The notes: generated by a model from the letters alone, not told the origin. Shown: positions 41,265-51,941, counted from the stretch's first letter. The stretch: 64,000 nt of DNA from Spirochaetia bacterium (GCA_034520965.1 JAXHMY010000003.1:192001-256000), one strand, 5' to 3'. Translations and numbers: made by a program.

Positions 41265-42106
41265 GTAATTTTGGACAGCGGCTGCTTCTTTTTATTATCG
41301 GACTGCCCCTTCTCCTGGCAATCGTTGTCTTTTTTGATCCATTTATGCACGCGGGATGGGCAGTGGTGGTAATTGTCGTCACCTTTTTGGCTGCCCGCGA
41401 AACGGTACAGTTGTTTACCCCGGCAGTACCACCGCTATACTTCTGGGTACTACCGATTCTTTCGGCCGGTCTGCCCCTAGTGGTATATGTAGAGCTTTTT
41501 CTCGGTTTATCCTTTTCCCTCCTGAACCCTTTACTGATCGTAAGCATCAGCATTATTCTGATATCGGAGCTCTTCAGATGGAAAGCTGACCACCCTCAGA
41601 TGTTTACCCTTAATTCCGTCGGTTTGATTAGTGCGGTGATTTACCCCGGCTTTTTTCTGGTTTTCACCATTCGCTTTTTAGAATTCGATTATCCTCTAGC
41701 CGCCATTATGCTGTTTCTGCTGGTAAACTTCAGTAACGATACCTTTGCCTATATCTTCGGTAAGCTATTTGGTAAAAATTCTCCCCATGTAGTACCGGTG
41801 AGCCCCCGAAAAACGAGAATCGGCTTCTTAGGCGGATTCGCAGGTTCCCTGCTCACCGGCTCGGTATTTTACCTGATAGCTCCCCACATTTTTGCCGCAC
41901 CTTTTCTTTTACTGCTGCCCTTTTTCCTTATTATAGGCTTATGCGCCGATATCGGCGATTTAATTGAATCGGCATATAAACGCGGGGCGGCAAAGAAAGA
42001 CTCCGGTTCTTTAATGCCCGGTCGTGGCGGATTGTTGGACTCTATTGACTCTCTCCTTTTCAGCGCCCCGTTTTTCTATTATATTGGTACAATACTGCTG
42101 AAATAG
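41261..42106 (+). CDS. cdsA: Phosphatidate cytidylyltransferase
   Basis: SPRKT, GDLIES..KR..KKDSG..PGRGGLLDSIDS. Confidence 0.95.
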   Translation: MSNFGQRLLLFIIGLPLLLAIVVFFDPFMHAGWAVVVIVVTFLAARETVQLFTPAVPPLYFWVLPILSAGLPLVVYVELFLGLSFSLLNPLLIVSISIILISELFRWKADHPQMFTLNSVGLISAVIYPGFFLVFTIRFLEFDYPLAAIMLFLLVNFSNDTFAYIFGKLFGKNSPHVVPVSPRKTRIGFLGGFAGSLLTGSVFYLIAPHIFAAPFLLLLPFFLIIGLCADIGDLIESAYKRGAAKKDSGSLMPGRGGLLDSIDSLLFSAPFFYYIGTILLK

Positions 42107-42114
42107 GAAATACA

Positions 42115-43257
42115 ATGGCGATAAAACGGATTATTATACTCGGGGCAACCGGCTCTATTGGTCTTAACAGTTTCGATGTAATCAAGCACTTGGGTTCATC
42201 TTACCAGATAGTCGGAGCCGCCTGTCATACAAATGTAGATAAACTGATCAAACTCGCTGAAGAATTTCAAGTTCCAAACCTGGCGGTCAGTGGTAAAAAA
42301 GTCGACAATGGCCGGATTACTTTTTCCGGCCCCAAGGCAATTCAATCCCTTCTAAAGGAAACCGAAGCGGATATTGTTATAAACGGCATCGCCGGATCAT
42401 CCGGCCTCATGCCCTCCGTATGGAGTCTTCAGCGCGGTTTCGATCTTGCCCTGGCAAATAAAGAAACAATCGTTATGGCCGGACCACTTATTCGCAGTTT
42501 GGCTGCACGAACCGGATCACAAATTCTCCCCGTTGACTCGGAACACTCAGCCATCTTTCAACTTCTGCGCCGTGAAAACCCGGATGAAATAGAAAAAGTG
42601 GTGATAACCGCTTCGGGCGGCCCCTTCCGTAATATTCCCCTCACGGAATTCCCCACACTGACCCTGGAAGATGCCCTTCAGCATCCAACCTGGGATATGG
42701 GAAACAAAATCACTATCGATTCAGCTACAATGGGAAATAAAGGTTTAGAAGTAATTGAGGCTCATCATTTGTTTGACCTAAGCACCGAACAGATTCAGGT
42801 ACTCATACATCCGCAAAGCTGTGTGCACTCACTTATTAAAACTGTTGAAGGCTCATATTACGCACAAATCAGTCATCCGGATATGCGTATTCCAATACAG
42901 AATGCCCTCACCTATCCCCGGCTCACAGCCTCTCCCTTCGGAGAACTGGATTTAACTGATACCGAATTAAGTTTTCAACACCCCGATCCACAGCGATTTC
43001 CTCTTCTTCAGAACGCCTTTCAGGCTATATGCTACGGAGGGGCCTATCCCCTGGCTTATAATGCGGCAAATGAAGTTGCGGTAAAGGCCTTTCAAGAACT
43101 AAAAATACGTTTTATCGATATAGCAGCGGTTGTTGATGCAACCTTGCAAAAGGATTGGTCAGTAACATTTACTGATTTTTCACACATTTTAGAAACCCAC
43201 TCACGGGTATGGACCCACGCAGAAACAGAAGTTCTGCAGCATATGGAGCAAAATTGA
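42115..43257 (+). CDS. dxr: DXP reductoisomerase
   Basis: LGATGSIG, LANKE, PVDSEH, MGNKITIDSA. Confidence 0.97.
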   Translation: MAIKRIIILGATGSIGLNSFDVIKHLGSSYQIVGAACHTNVDKLIKLAEEFQVPNLAVSGKKVDNGRITFSGPKAIQSLLKETEADIVINGIAGSSGLMPSVWSLQRGFDLALANKETIVMAGPLIRSLAARTGSQILPVDSEHSAIFQLLRRENPDEIEKVVITASGGPFRNIPLTEFPTLTLEDALQHPTWDMGNKITIDSATMGNKGLEVIEAHHLFDLSTEQIQVLIHPQSCVHSLIKTVEGSYYAQISHPDMRIPIQNALTYPRLTASPFGELDLTDTELSFQHPDPQRFPLLQNAFQAICYGGAYPLAYNAANEVAVKAFQELKIRFIDIAAVVDATLQKDWSVTFTDFSHILETHSRVWTHAETEVLQHMEQN

Positions 43258-44621
43258 TGATACTCACTATCATATTAGGAATTATTGGCCTTGGGATTGT
43301 TGTATTCGTACATGAACTTGGGCATTTTGTGGTGGCAAAGGCCTCCGGCATCACCGTTGAGGCGTTTTCCCTCGGCTGGGGAAAAGTTCTCTACCATCGC
43401 ACATGGCGCGGTACCGATTATCGCATAAGCCTGCTGCCGATAGGCGGATACTGTAAAATGAAGGGGGAGGAGCTATTTCGTAAAGCCGTTGCCGATGACG
43501 CAAGCCAAATTCCCCATGAGGAGGGTTCACTGTTTTCTGTTTCCGTGTGGAAACGCATGCTCACCTATGCCGCCGGGCCTTTTTTTAATCTTTTATTTGC
43601 GATTCTGGTATTATCATTAATCTGGTTTAACGGATTCTCCATCAATACCTATGAGAATAAGATTGTACTTCTTTCGGACTACCCCAGCCTCTTCTCCGAC
43701 ACAAGCTACCCAGCCGACCAGGCAGGTTTGCGCACGGGCGATGAAATAGTTTCCATTGACGGGGAGCAGGTTGAAACCTATACCGACATTCAGCAGAAAA
43801 TTGCCCCTTCACCGCGAGAAACTCTATCCATAACAGTTGAACGCAATGACCGACGCATTACCTTAAGTATTACTCCCGAGTTGAACCGCGATACCGGGGC
43901 CGGCCGTATAGGTGTAGCGGCCTGGATAGCACCAATCATCGGACAAGTAAAAGACGGCAGTAGTGCCCAGAATGCAGGACTCCGGGCCGGGGACCGTTTA
44001 GTCGAGGTAAACGGAACTCCAGTGCCCCACTCACTTGCACTTCATGCAGCTATGAGCAATCAATCTTCTAAGCTTGATATTACTTTTCAGCGTAACGGTA
44101 CTAACCGAAGCACTGAATTGATTCCCTTTTACGACGAAAACGGCAATGCCGACCTGGGTATAGCTTTTCGCGGTATTACCCACTCAAGCCCTCAAATGAA
44201 TCCCTTTCAGGCGTTAGCAAGGGGTACCAAGGAAACATTTAGGACATTTGCCCTTACTATCAAAGGAATTGCCCTGCTCTTCTCCGGGGTCGATGTCCAA
44301 AAAGCGGTATCCGGGCCGGTACGCATCACCTATATGGTAGGTGAGATCGCTACGGCAGGCTTCACACAGGGCATTGGAAGCGGCTTTATAAATCTGTTCC
44401 GTTTTTTAAGCTTATTGAGTGTGGCCCTGGCGTTTGGAAATCTGCTGCCGATACCCGCCTTGGATGGAGGTCTGATAGCATTATCGGTGGTTGAAGCGGT
44501 CAAGGGAAGCAGCGTAAAACCTAAGACCTTTTACCGATATCAAACTATAGGATTTGTATTTATTCTCTTAATACTATTCCTAACCACCTTTAGCGACCTC
44601 TCCTATCTTTTTTCTCAGTAA
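43257..44621 (+). CDS. rseP: RIP metalloprotease RseP
   Basis: HELGH, two PDZ domains, NLLPIPALDGG; start at TGATG overlap. Confidence 0.95.
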   Translation: MILTIILGIIGLGIVVFVHELGHFVVAKASGITVEAFSLGWGKVLYHRTWRGTDYRISLLPIGGYCKMKGEELFRKAVADDASQIPHEEGSLFSVSVWKRMLTYAAGPFFNLLFAILVLSLIWFNGFSINTYENKIVLLSDYPSLFSDTSYPADQAGLRTGDEIVSIDGEQVETYTDIQQKIAPSPRETLSITVERNDRRITLSITPELNRDTGAGRIGVAAWIAPIIGQVKDGSSAQNAGLRAGDRLVEVNGTPVPHSLALHAAMSNQSSKLDITFQRNGTNRSTELIPFYDENGNADLGIAFRGITHSSPQMNPFQALARGTKETFRTFALTIKGIALLFSGVDVQKAVSGPVRITYMVGEIATAGFTQGIGSGFINLFRFLSLLSVALAFGNLLPIPALDGGLIALSVVEAVKGSSVKPKTFYRYQTIGFVFILLILFLTTFSDLSYLFSQ

Positions 44622-44636
44622 AGGAGTATATTAAGC

Positions 44637-45275
44637 ATGAAACGTGATATAGTGTGTCATTGTGGATATACAATGCAGCGGGATCTTCCTGATACTATCG
44701 ACCTATCGGAGGAACCTCAGTTTATTCAGCAGATTCTTGAAGGTGCTTTTATGCAGGTAACATGTGATTCTTGCGGAAAAATACTAAAACCGGAATTTCC
44801 TGTTCACTTTTTAAAGCTAAAAATAGCTGACCAGTTGCTGAATCTTGATTTTATTCCGGAACTTGAACGCAGTCAGTATTTCCTGGATAAAATTGAAACT
44901 ACTGCTCAGCGGGTCGTTATCGGCTACCCGGAACTGCGTGAAAAAATGCTCGTTTCAGCCCACGGTTTAGACGATCGCGCTTTGGAAGTTCTTAAATTTT
45001 TACTGTTAGAAAATGCTCTTGACCACGACTTGAGCGACCATTCCTTCAGCGATCTTTCAATTATACTAAATGCAGTAGAAGAAGATACGCTTAGTTTCTA
45101 TATTTATGGACTCAAGAAAACAGAGGTAGCCGTACCGCGGGTCTCACAGGAACTATACCAAAAAGTAGTTGACGGCTTATCAGCTCGGTTGGACACTGAA
45201 GTGTATGCAGAAATCGTAAGACCACCCTATGTATCAATCAATAAAATTTCAATCGAAGCGGAGGACGATTCGTGA
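44637..45275 (+). CDS. CpXC-domain protein
   Basis: CHCG...CDSCG zinc-knuckle pairs, ELREK motif. Confidence 0.75.
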   Translation: MKRDIVCHCGYTMQRDLPDTIDLSEEPQFIQQILEGAFMQVTCDSCGKILKPEFPVHFLKLKIADQLLNLDFIPELERSQYFLDKIETTAQRVVIGYPELREKMLVSAHGLDDRALEVLKFLLLENALDHDLSDHSFSDLSIILNAVEEDTLSFYIYGLKKTEVAVPRVSQELYQKVVDGLSARLDTEVYAEIVRPPYVSINKISIEAEDDS

Positions 45276-47275
45276 AACGTGTATTCATCTTATCACTTGT
45301 GATTATGCTTATCTCAATTTCAGCTGCCTGGACCGACAGCCGGGTTCTTATAAGCACCGGACACACTGAACGCATTAATGAACTAGCCTTTCAAAAATCA
45401 AAGGATACACTTTTCTCAGCCGGCAATGACGGGACCCTGCGCGTGTGGGATATCAACTCAAAAAAGCTTTTATACAAACTCCAAATATCTCATCTTCCAA
45501 TTGAGAAAATTGCGGTACACCCCAGCAAACCTGAAGTTGCACTAGTTAGAACAGACCGTATTAACACCTTTCATTTGAGCGTATGGAACTATAAGACGGG
45601 CAAAGAACTCTACTCTCACAAGATTGAAGAAATTCCGCTCTTCCTCAAATATTCACCCAAAGGAACTTACTTAATTTACAGTCGAACCGACTGGAAAAGC
45701 CTTGTCTTTTTAAGGGCGGACACAGGGCAATTTACTCCGGTTATAGATGAAGGCTTTGGTATTGTCTCAGATGTATTTCTTTCACAATCTGAAAATACAC
45801 TCGTAACCTACAACTCTTCCGGTACTATTCGCTACTGGAATACTGAAACAGGTGAGCAGAAGACTACACCAATTTCAACTATCGCCGACATGAACGAAAT
45901 ACACTTCTCCGGAAACGGCGTATATATGCTCGGACGGAAAGAAAACACCCTTTATTTAGTAAATCTGATAAATGGACAGATTGAAACCCGGAAAAATTTC
46001 GAACGCCTCTATGGATATTCATACAATCCAAGCACAAGTCTAGTTACAACTTATATTACCGAAAACAGCCGTCCCCGCTTCCTCTCTTTTCGTGTTGAAC
46101 AAAATAGCTCTTTACGTCCGGTACAAAGTTCACTCATGGCACCGGATGATATACGCCCTCCCCTGCAATTAATAGGGTCAACCCTGTACTTTTGTAAGCA
46201 GGACGGAAGCATATTAACCCAGTCAGCCTATTCAACTCAACCAGAGACGTTTTCCAGGTCAGTACTTTTGAAAATCTCTGATCTTGGTTTTTCTGAAGAC
46301 AGTATTTATTTGCTAACTGAAAAAAACATTTTATCTTTAAGCTCTAAAGCTTTCACTTCCAAGGGACAGCAAAATGTTGAAAACTCAAACTTTTCCTTTC
46401 TGACCGAGAAGTACCAGAACCCGCTCAACACCGCCGCCGGTATTACAGTTCTCTCTGACAAGCAGTTTTTATTATATCCCGTCGAAGGGCCCTCTAACGA
46501 TCTTTATTTGTTTAATGAAAACCGCTTCCGCAAGCTGAACACTCAACTGAACGGGACGGTACAAGCCGCTGAACGGTACAACGAAGATGTACTCCTGCTC
46601 GAAGAAGGTGGAATATTGAGGATAGTAGATCCAAGGGCGGATGAAGAGCTTTTCAATTATTCATCCTTCGGACTTCAGGGTGCCACCAAGGCCGGTGACG
46701 AAAATATTGTTGTTGCCCGTAATAAAAACGCACTAATTAATACTACCCTGCTTTCAATCAATCCACAAACCAGTGAAACAGTTCCAATACCGGATCGAAA
46801 CCTTCTTACCTTTGTACTCGAATATGATAGTACAACAAGATCGCTGTATTCTCTCGGTTTCGAGGAACGCCGAAATTCTATTCGTACCGTACTCAAAGAG
46901 CATCAGGGACGTAACTATGGTCGGGTAGCAACCTTACTCAGTTATCCCGGAGAGGACAATGAGGCTACCCTGGCGATCGATCCTTCCACATCTCGAGTGT
47001 TTACCTCACTGGGATACGGTGACGTGCACATGTTTACCTGGGACGGTTTCACAACTATGGAGCAGATTGAGCATATACCGCGAAAACTCTTTACCAATGA
47101 CAGCTTGCTCTACTCTTTGAACGGGGATTCTTCGGTATCCGTATGGGATATCAATCGTGGGAATCTGTTGATGACTCTGTATTTGTTTGAAAGTCTCGAC
47201 TGGGCGATTGCCTTCGCCGACGGCAGCTTTTATGGAACCGACGGTGCGGAGCAATGGATACACCAGGCAGATTAA
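45272..47275 (+). CDS. Exported WD40/beta-propeller protein
   Basis: Signal peptide, GH...FSAGNDGTLRVWD, DSSVSVWD. Confidence 0.8.
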   Translation: MKRVFILSLVIMLISISAAWTDSRVLISTGHTERINELAFQKSKDTLFSAGNDGTLRVWDINSKKLLYKLQISHLPIEKIAVHPSKPEVALVRTDRINTFHLSVWNYKTGKELYSHKIEEIPLFLKYSPKGTYLIYSRTDWKSLVFLRADTGQFTPVIDEGFGIVSDVFLSQSENTLVTYNSSGTIRYWNTETGEQKTTPISTIADMNEIHFSGNGVYMLGRKENTLYLVNLINGQIETRKNFERLYGYSYNPSTSLVTTYITENSRPRFLSFRVEQNSSLRPVQSSLMAPDDIRPPLQLIGSTLYFCKQDGSILTQSAYSTQPETFSRSVLLKISDLGFSEDSIYLLTEKNILSLSSKAFTSKGQQNVENSNFSFLTEKYQNPLNTAAGITVLSDKQFLLYPVEGPSNDLYLFNENRFRKLNTQLNGTVQAAERYNEDVLLLEEGGILRIVDPRADEELFNYSSFGLQGATKAGDENIVVARNKNALINTTLLSINPQTSETVPIPDRNLLTFVLEYDSTTRSLYSLGFEERRNSIRTVLKEHQGRNYGRVATLLSYPGEDNEATLAIDPSTSRVFTSLGYGDVHMFTWDGFTTMEQIEHIPRKLFTNDSLLYSLNGDSSVSVWDINRGNLLMTLYLFESLDWAIAFADGSFYGTDGAEQWIHQAD

Positions 47276-47321
47276 GCCTTTCTGAGCCTGACTGCATGCT
47301 TTAGGAATGCAAAAGGGGTTC

Positions 47322-47344
47322 AAAAAAATGGGCGCTGCTCGCCC
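47322..47344 (-). terminator. Intrinsic terminator of the rpsF...comFB operon
   Basis: GGGCG-AGCAG-CGCCC then A and T7 on the minus strand right after the stop. Confidence 0.6.
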
Positions 47345-47641
47345 CTAACCGTGGGAGGGGTTTTTTGCAACCTTCTTAATCGACTCTTCTACCTTGTCTT
47401 TGACCTTCACCCCATAATCGGTACCCTGAAGCGAATGCGCATAAAGGGTTCCCATTAATGAGACTCGGTACATCGGCGGTAAATTGTTAAGGGATAAAGC
47501 GGCCATATCAAGTACACACTCTTCACATTTACAAATATCTGCTGCCCATTCCTGCTCCAACTGATGCTCAAGCTCGGCAAGTACCATTCGTTCTGTTTCA
47601 TTCACCAGGTATTCAAAATTATAGTTTTCTTCAATACTCAT
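47345..47641 (-). CDS. ComFB-family protein
   Basis: LVNETE..V, CKCEECVLDMAALSLNNLPPMY, C-terminal V..NPSH. Confidence 0.85.
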   Translation of the reverse strand: MSIEENYNFEYLVNETERMVLAELEHQLEQEWAADICKCEECVLDMAALSLNNLPPMYRVSLMGTLYAHSLQGTDYGVKVKDKVEESIKKVAKNPSHG

Positions 47642-47671
47642 GTGCGCTTCACTCCTCTATACAGGTATTCT

Positions 47672-49018
47672 CTATGGTTTCTCATGCGAAAAGGACTCAA
47701 ACTTAGTATAACTTGGCAGAAAGGCCAGTTTGACCGTACCAACCGGACCATTTCTCTGCTTTGCCACCACTAGATCGGTTTCCACATTCCCGGCATTTCC
47801 TTCACGGCTGTCACGGCTATCCTCCCGCTCTCTATGCAGGAATAATACCACATCCGCATCTTGTTCGATAGATCCGGATTCCCGTAAATCAGCCAGTGTG
47901 GGAGGTTTACCCTCGGACTGACGCCCAACCTGGGAAAGACAGATAATCGGTATTTGAAGCTCCCGGGCCAAAGATTTAATTGACCGTGAAATTTCAGCCA
48001 CCTGTTCATGCCGAGGAACGTTGGACTTATTCTCCGGCTCTATCAACCCTATATAGTCAATAAACAGGGCCTGTATATCCTCTTTACTTTTCATTCGCCG
48101 TGCCTGGGCACGTAAATCCAATAGTTTTATATTAGGAGTATCATCAATATACATAGGTGCCTCATAGATCCTACCCGCAGCCTCGGTCAAATTATGGAAA
48201 TCCGCCGGACGCAACATACCTGTTCTCAACTTTTCAGAATTTATCCGCGCTTCACTGGACAGAAGCCGCTGCATCAAGGCCATGTCGGCCATCTCAAGGG
48301 TAAAAAAACCGATCGGCACTTTCCCATGAATGGCCATGTTTGCGGCCATAGTAAGGGCTAACGCCGTTTTACCAACCGAAGGACGGGCTCCTATCACAAT
48401 AAACTCTGATTTTTGAAACCCGCTGGTCATATTATCCAGGTCGGAAAAACCGGTCGGAACCCCCGTGTAGCTGTCTTTTGTATGATACAGCCGTTCAATA
48501 GCTTCAATAGTCTCGGCAATAATATCATGAACGCCGCGGTAGGAATCTGTGTGCTGGCTGTCGGTGATTTCAAATATTCGCTGCTCAGCCTCTTCTATAA
48601 GTACCCGTGTTTCTAAACCCTCGTCGTAAGCCTGGGTAAGCAGTCCGCCGGATATCTTTAGAAGCTGACGGCGTACACTGCGGTCTTTTACAATTTTCGC
48701 GTAATAGGCAACGTTTGCGCTGGTAGGAACTTCATCGGTAAGTGCGGAAATGTAGGTTGTTCCACCACAGGCCTCCAGCTCACCGCCCGCACTTAGACGG
48801 TCGGTAAGCGAGATGAGGTCGATAGTTTCACCACGATTAAAAAGATCTATAATCGCTTTAAATATCTTCTGGTGTGAAGCCGTATAGAAATCATCAGTTC
48901 TTAAATAACGCAGAACTGTAGATATGACATCCCCATCAAGCAGAACCGCCCCAATTGTAGCCTTTTCGGCGTCTACATTATGGGGCGGAACTTTTCCCTG
49001 TCGAGAAAGGGAATTCAT
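47672..49018 (-). CDS. dnaB: Replicative DNA helicase
   Basis: PPHNVDAE, GARPSVGKT, DLRESGSIEQDAD, KQRNGP. Confidence 0.98.
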   Translation of the reverse strand: MNSLSRQGKVPPHNVDAEKATIGAVLLDGDVISTVLRYLRTDDFYTASHQKIFKAIIDLFNRGETIDLISLTDRLSAGGELEACGGTTYISALTDEVPTSANVAYYAKIVKDRSVRRQLLKISGGLLTQAYDEGLETRVLIEEAEQRIFEITDSQHTDSYRGVHDIIAETIEAIERLYHTKDSYTGVPTGFSDLDNMTSGFQKSEFIVIGARPSVGKTALALTMAANMAIHGKVPIGFFTLEMADMALMQRLLSSEARINSEKLRTGMLRPADFHNLTEAAGRIYEAPMYIDDTPNIKLLDLRAQARRMKSKEDIQALFIDYIGLIEPENKSNVPRHEQVAEISRSIKSLARELQIPIICLSQVGRQSEGKPPTLADLRESGSIEQDADVVLFLHREREDSRDSREGNAGNVETDLVVAKQRNGPVGTVKLAFLPSYTKFESFSHEKP

Positions 49019-49039
49019 AGGGCTGCTCGTTTCAAACTA

Positions 49040-49726
49040 TTACTCTTCTTTTTCTTCTTCCGGCTCAGCCTCTTCAGCAGCCACTACTGCCTCGGCGGCG
49101 GCCTTTTCAGCACTTTTTTCCTCAGCCGCAGTTTCGGCAGATGCCTCGGTTGCAGCAGAGCTTTCAGTGCTATCCCCTGGGGAAGCTTCTTCCTTGGCAG
49201 CACCTTCTGCTTCCGGCTCTTCGGCCTGTTTTTCAGCCTTCTTTTCTTCAGCTGTTTTCTGCGGAGGCTGCTCCATACCGCTCTGACTCACAACCTTCAG
49301 CTTTAATTCAGCCTCGTTATTCTCGTACAGCTTTACAATAACGGGATAGGTGCCTACCATTTTCACAGATTGACTCTTAAAGTCGATTTTCTTTTTCTCG
49401 ACCTCAATTCCCTCTTTCTGCAGCTCTTCCACGATCATTGCACTTGTAACAGAACCAAACAGCTTTCCACCCTGACCGGCATTCATAGTAATTACTACTT
49501 CCTTGCCGTCAAGTCGCTCCTTAAGGCTCAGAGCCTGCTGCCGTTTATCTTCCTTGCGCTTTTCGATAGAAGCCTTTCGGCTTTCAAAATTGGCAATATT
49601 TTCTTTGGTGTAAGGGAACGCTAACTGTTTAGTAAACAGATAGTTCCGTGCATATCCACGAGCTACATCGCAGATATCTCCCTCCTCGCCAAGGTTATAC
49701 ACATCCTCATTCAAAATGATTTTCAT
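49040..49726 (-). CDS. rplI: 50S ribosomal protein L9 with long Ala/Glu tail
   Basis: MKIILNEDV..LG..G, GYARNYL, KLFGSVT; start set at 49726. Confidence 0.96.
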   Translation of the reverse strand: MKIILNEDVYNLGEEGDICDVARGYARNYLFTKQLAFPYTKENIANFESRKASIEKRKEDKRQQALSLKERLDGKEVVITMNAGQGGKLFGSVTSAMIVEELQKEGIEVEKKKIDFKSQSVKMVGTYPVIVKLYENNEAELKLKVVSQSGMEQPPQKTAEEKKAEKQAEEPEAEGAAKEEASPGDSTESSAATEASAETAAEEKSAEKAAAEAVVAAEEAEPEEEKEE

Positions 49727-49749
49727 TCTTCTCTCCTTACCAGAAAGTT

Positions 49750-50739
49750 TTATGAGCCCTCTGTAGCAGAGTGACCGGCTCGATAGTGGATCCAGTATTC
49801 CGAGAGGCCTAATAAGGGCACTCCAACAATCAATACCAGGTTCAACCTTGGGGTCAATAGTATAATTACTGCGGAAAAAACAACCAATAGCTGTAATAAC
49901 CGCGATACCCCATGTTGCTGGAATAGTGACTTCATTATCCCTATTCCTTGCATCGCATATACACTCAACAGTATCATTCCGTAGTTCCAAAACAGGAACC
50001 CGACTAAAGGTACACCTACCAATACATCCAGTAGTACACCGAACCACGCCCCGATAAAGGGCCATAGCAAATTCTCAGGTACGGTGAAATGTACCAGATT
50101 GTAAGGCATGCTTCCCTTGCTTCTGCTGTAAATTCCATAAGAAAACGCCCAGCAAGCTGAAAGCATTAGAAAGAAGCTGAAAATGTAGTGCCGTATAAAC
50201 ACTTCCGATATCAACGTATAGAAGCTTTCAGCATCCATCGCCGATAACACTTCAACTCCGTTTGCACCAGCCTCATTTCCACCCAAACCGCCCTGCAGGC
50301 TTTCCAGTATCAGCTTGAATTGCTGTTGTAAGAATTCCATCACCTCTTGATTGCCGGAATAAATTCCGACGATAGGTAAACTTACAAGCAACACTGCCGC
50401 AGTGGCGCTAAGCAGCCGGTACAAGATTCTACCGCGCCCCCAAAAAAGCAGCGCGGCCCCTAAAATCAGGGCTGTAGGATATGCCGCCTCCATCATAAAA
50501 AAGAAACGGCGCAACACCTCATCTTCAATTCCGCGGGTCCGAATAAAAACCTGTACTAATATAGCAAATAGCAATATAGTACCGCTATACAGTACGGCTT
50601 CCGGCCCGCGTTTCAAGCCCAGAACAATAAGCGGTACTGTTATAAGAAAAAACAGTACATTAATTTGGTACAAGAGAAATGCCGCTACGGTGAAAATAGC
50701 AATTTCAGTCCACTCTCTCGGTATCGCTCTTAAATCCAT
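49750..50739 (-). CDS. DUF2232/YybS-like membrane protein
   Basis: Multi-TM protein in the usual position between rpsR and rplI. Confidence 0.75.
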   Translation of the reverse strand: MDLRAIPREWTEIAIFTVAAFLLYQINVLFFLITVPLIVLGLKRGPEAVLYSGTILLFAILVQVFIRTRGIEDEVLRRFFFMMEAAYPTALILGAALLFWGRGRILYRLLSATAAVLLVSLPIVGIYSGNQEVMEFLQQQFKLILESLQGGLGGNEAGANGVEVLSAMDAESFYTLISEVFIRHYIFSFFLMLSACWAFSYGIYSRSKGSMPYNLVHFTVPENLLWPFIGAWFGVLLDVLVGVPLVGFLFWNYGMILLSVYAMQGIGIMKSLFQQHGVSRLLQLLVVFSAVIILLTPRLNLVLIVGVPLLGLSEYWIHYRAGHSATEGS

Positions 50740-50745
50740 CCTTAC

Positions 50746-51153
50746 TTACTGTTTTACAAATGGAAGATAAGCCAATACTCGGGCTCTCTTTATCTCCCGT
50801 GACAGAGCACGTTGGTGCTTTGCACAAGTACCGGTTATTCGTCTTGGTAAAATTTTGCCGCGATCGGTAACAAACCTTCGCAGTTGGTCGGGATTTTTAT
50901 AGTCGGCGACTAATCCCTGAGTACAGAAACGACACACCTTTTTCTTGAAAAAGGGGCGCCTGCCGCCGCCACCGCCGCCACCACGATAAGGACGACTGTC
51001 GCGACTATCGCGACTGTCTCTGTTATCCCGGTTATCCCGGTTATCCCGGTTATCTCTTGTATCACGATTGTCGGCGGGTCTTCGTGGATATTCACTTCCG
51101 GAGGGCTTGTTCTCCGTTGGTTTTGTTTCGTTATTTACGCCTTCTTCAGCCAT
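50746..51153 (-). CDS. rpsR: 30S ribosomal protein S18 with repetitive N-terminal extension
   Basis: [24 protein letters not shown]. Confidence 0.97.
   Translation of the reverse strand: MAEEGVNNETKPTENKPSGSEYPRRPADNRDTRDNRDNRDNRDNRDSRDSRDSRPYRGGGGGGGRRPFFKKKVCRFCTQGLVADYKNPDQLRRFVTDRGKILPRRITGTCAKHQRALSREIKRARVLAYLPFVKQ
50992..51071 (-). repeat. 9-bp coding tandem repeat (RDN/RDS) in rpsR
   Basis: GTTATCCCG x3 exact at 51022-51048 plus degenerate units on both sides. Confidence 0.8.
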
Positions 51154-51185
51154 TATAGTATCTCCTTCAATTTTTCAAAATGGTC

Positions 51186-51641
51186 CTAGAACGGAATGTC
51201 GTCTTCGAATTGCTCCGGACCGCCGGAAAAATTATTTGAATTTTCGCTAGGTCCGTTCTGTGTAGCAGGACGACTATTGTAAGAGGAAGCGGGGGCTTCA
51301 TTTCGATTGCCGCTGGGCCCACCCAGCAACTGCACATTCTGGGCAGTTATTTCAACCTTACTTCGCTGCTGACCGTCCTTTTCCCAACGGTTCTGACGAA
51401 GCTCACCCTGGACGGCAATTTGCTTTCCCTTAGTTAAATACTGGTGAATTGCTTCACCCTGTCGACCCCACAGCACAATATCAAAGAAATGTGCTTCCTC
51501 TTGCCATTGGTCACCGTTTTTTCGGCTGCGATTAAGAGCAATCGAAAACTTACAGACGGCTGTACCGCCCCCGGTGTATTTGAGCTCAGCATCGCGGGTC
51601 AGTCGTCCAACGAGGGTTACTTGATTTATATCGTTGGCCAT
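51186..51641 (-). CDS. ssb: Single-stranded DNA-binding protein
   Basis: LVGRLTRDAEL, C-terminal DDIPF. Confidence 0.98.
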   Translation of the reverse strand: MANDINQVTLVGRLTRDAELKYTGGGTAVCKFSIALNRSRKNGDQWQEEAHFFDIVLWGRQGEAIHQYLTKGKQIAVQGELRQNRWEKDGQQRSKVEITAQNVQLLGGPSGNRNEAPASSYNSRPATQNGPSENSNNFSGGPEQFEDDIPF

Positions 51642-51659
51642 ATTAAAAACTCCACTTCA

Positions 51660-51941
51660 CTATTTTTCTTTTTTGATGAGAAGATATTTGAGCAGCGGAT
51701 TGGCAAGCCGTAATTCTTCTTCCATTTTGTAGGCACTCTGCGGATCCATTTCGAATTCATAGTAGACATAGTGCCCTTTCGGTCTCTTTTTTACTTTATA
51801 GGCAAGGTCGCGAATACCAAAATCTTCCTTCTTTCCGATTTTAGCTTCGCCCTTTTTCAAGAGCTCTTCTATCTGTTCTTTACCTGTAGAAGTCTCATCT
51901 TCCTCGGTACCGAGGATTGCAGTGAGTTCGTATTGACGCAT
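51660..51941 (-). CDS. rpsF: 30S ribosomal protein S6
   Basis: MRQYE, GIRDLAY; heads the rpsF-ssb-rpsR operon. Confidence 0.95.
   Translation of the reverse strand: MRQYELTAILGTEEDETSTGKEQIEELLKKGEAKIGKKEDFGIRDLAYKVKKRPKGHYVYYEFEMDPQSAYKMEEELRLANPLLKYLLIKKEK

Noticed and set aside
49727..50065. N-terminal extensions of rplI (also ilvD, aroK, rseP, dxs) in the ORF track
   Set aside because: Longest-ORF artefacts overlapping neighbours or repeats; downstream starts have SDs or promoters and match family N-termini.
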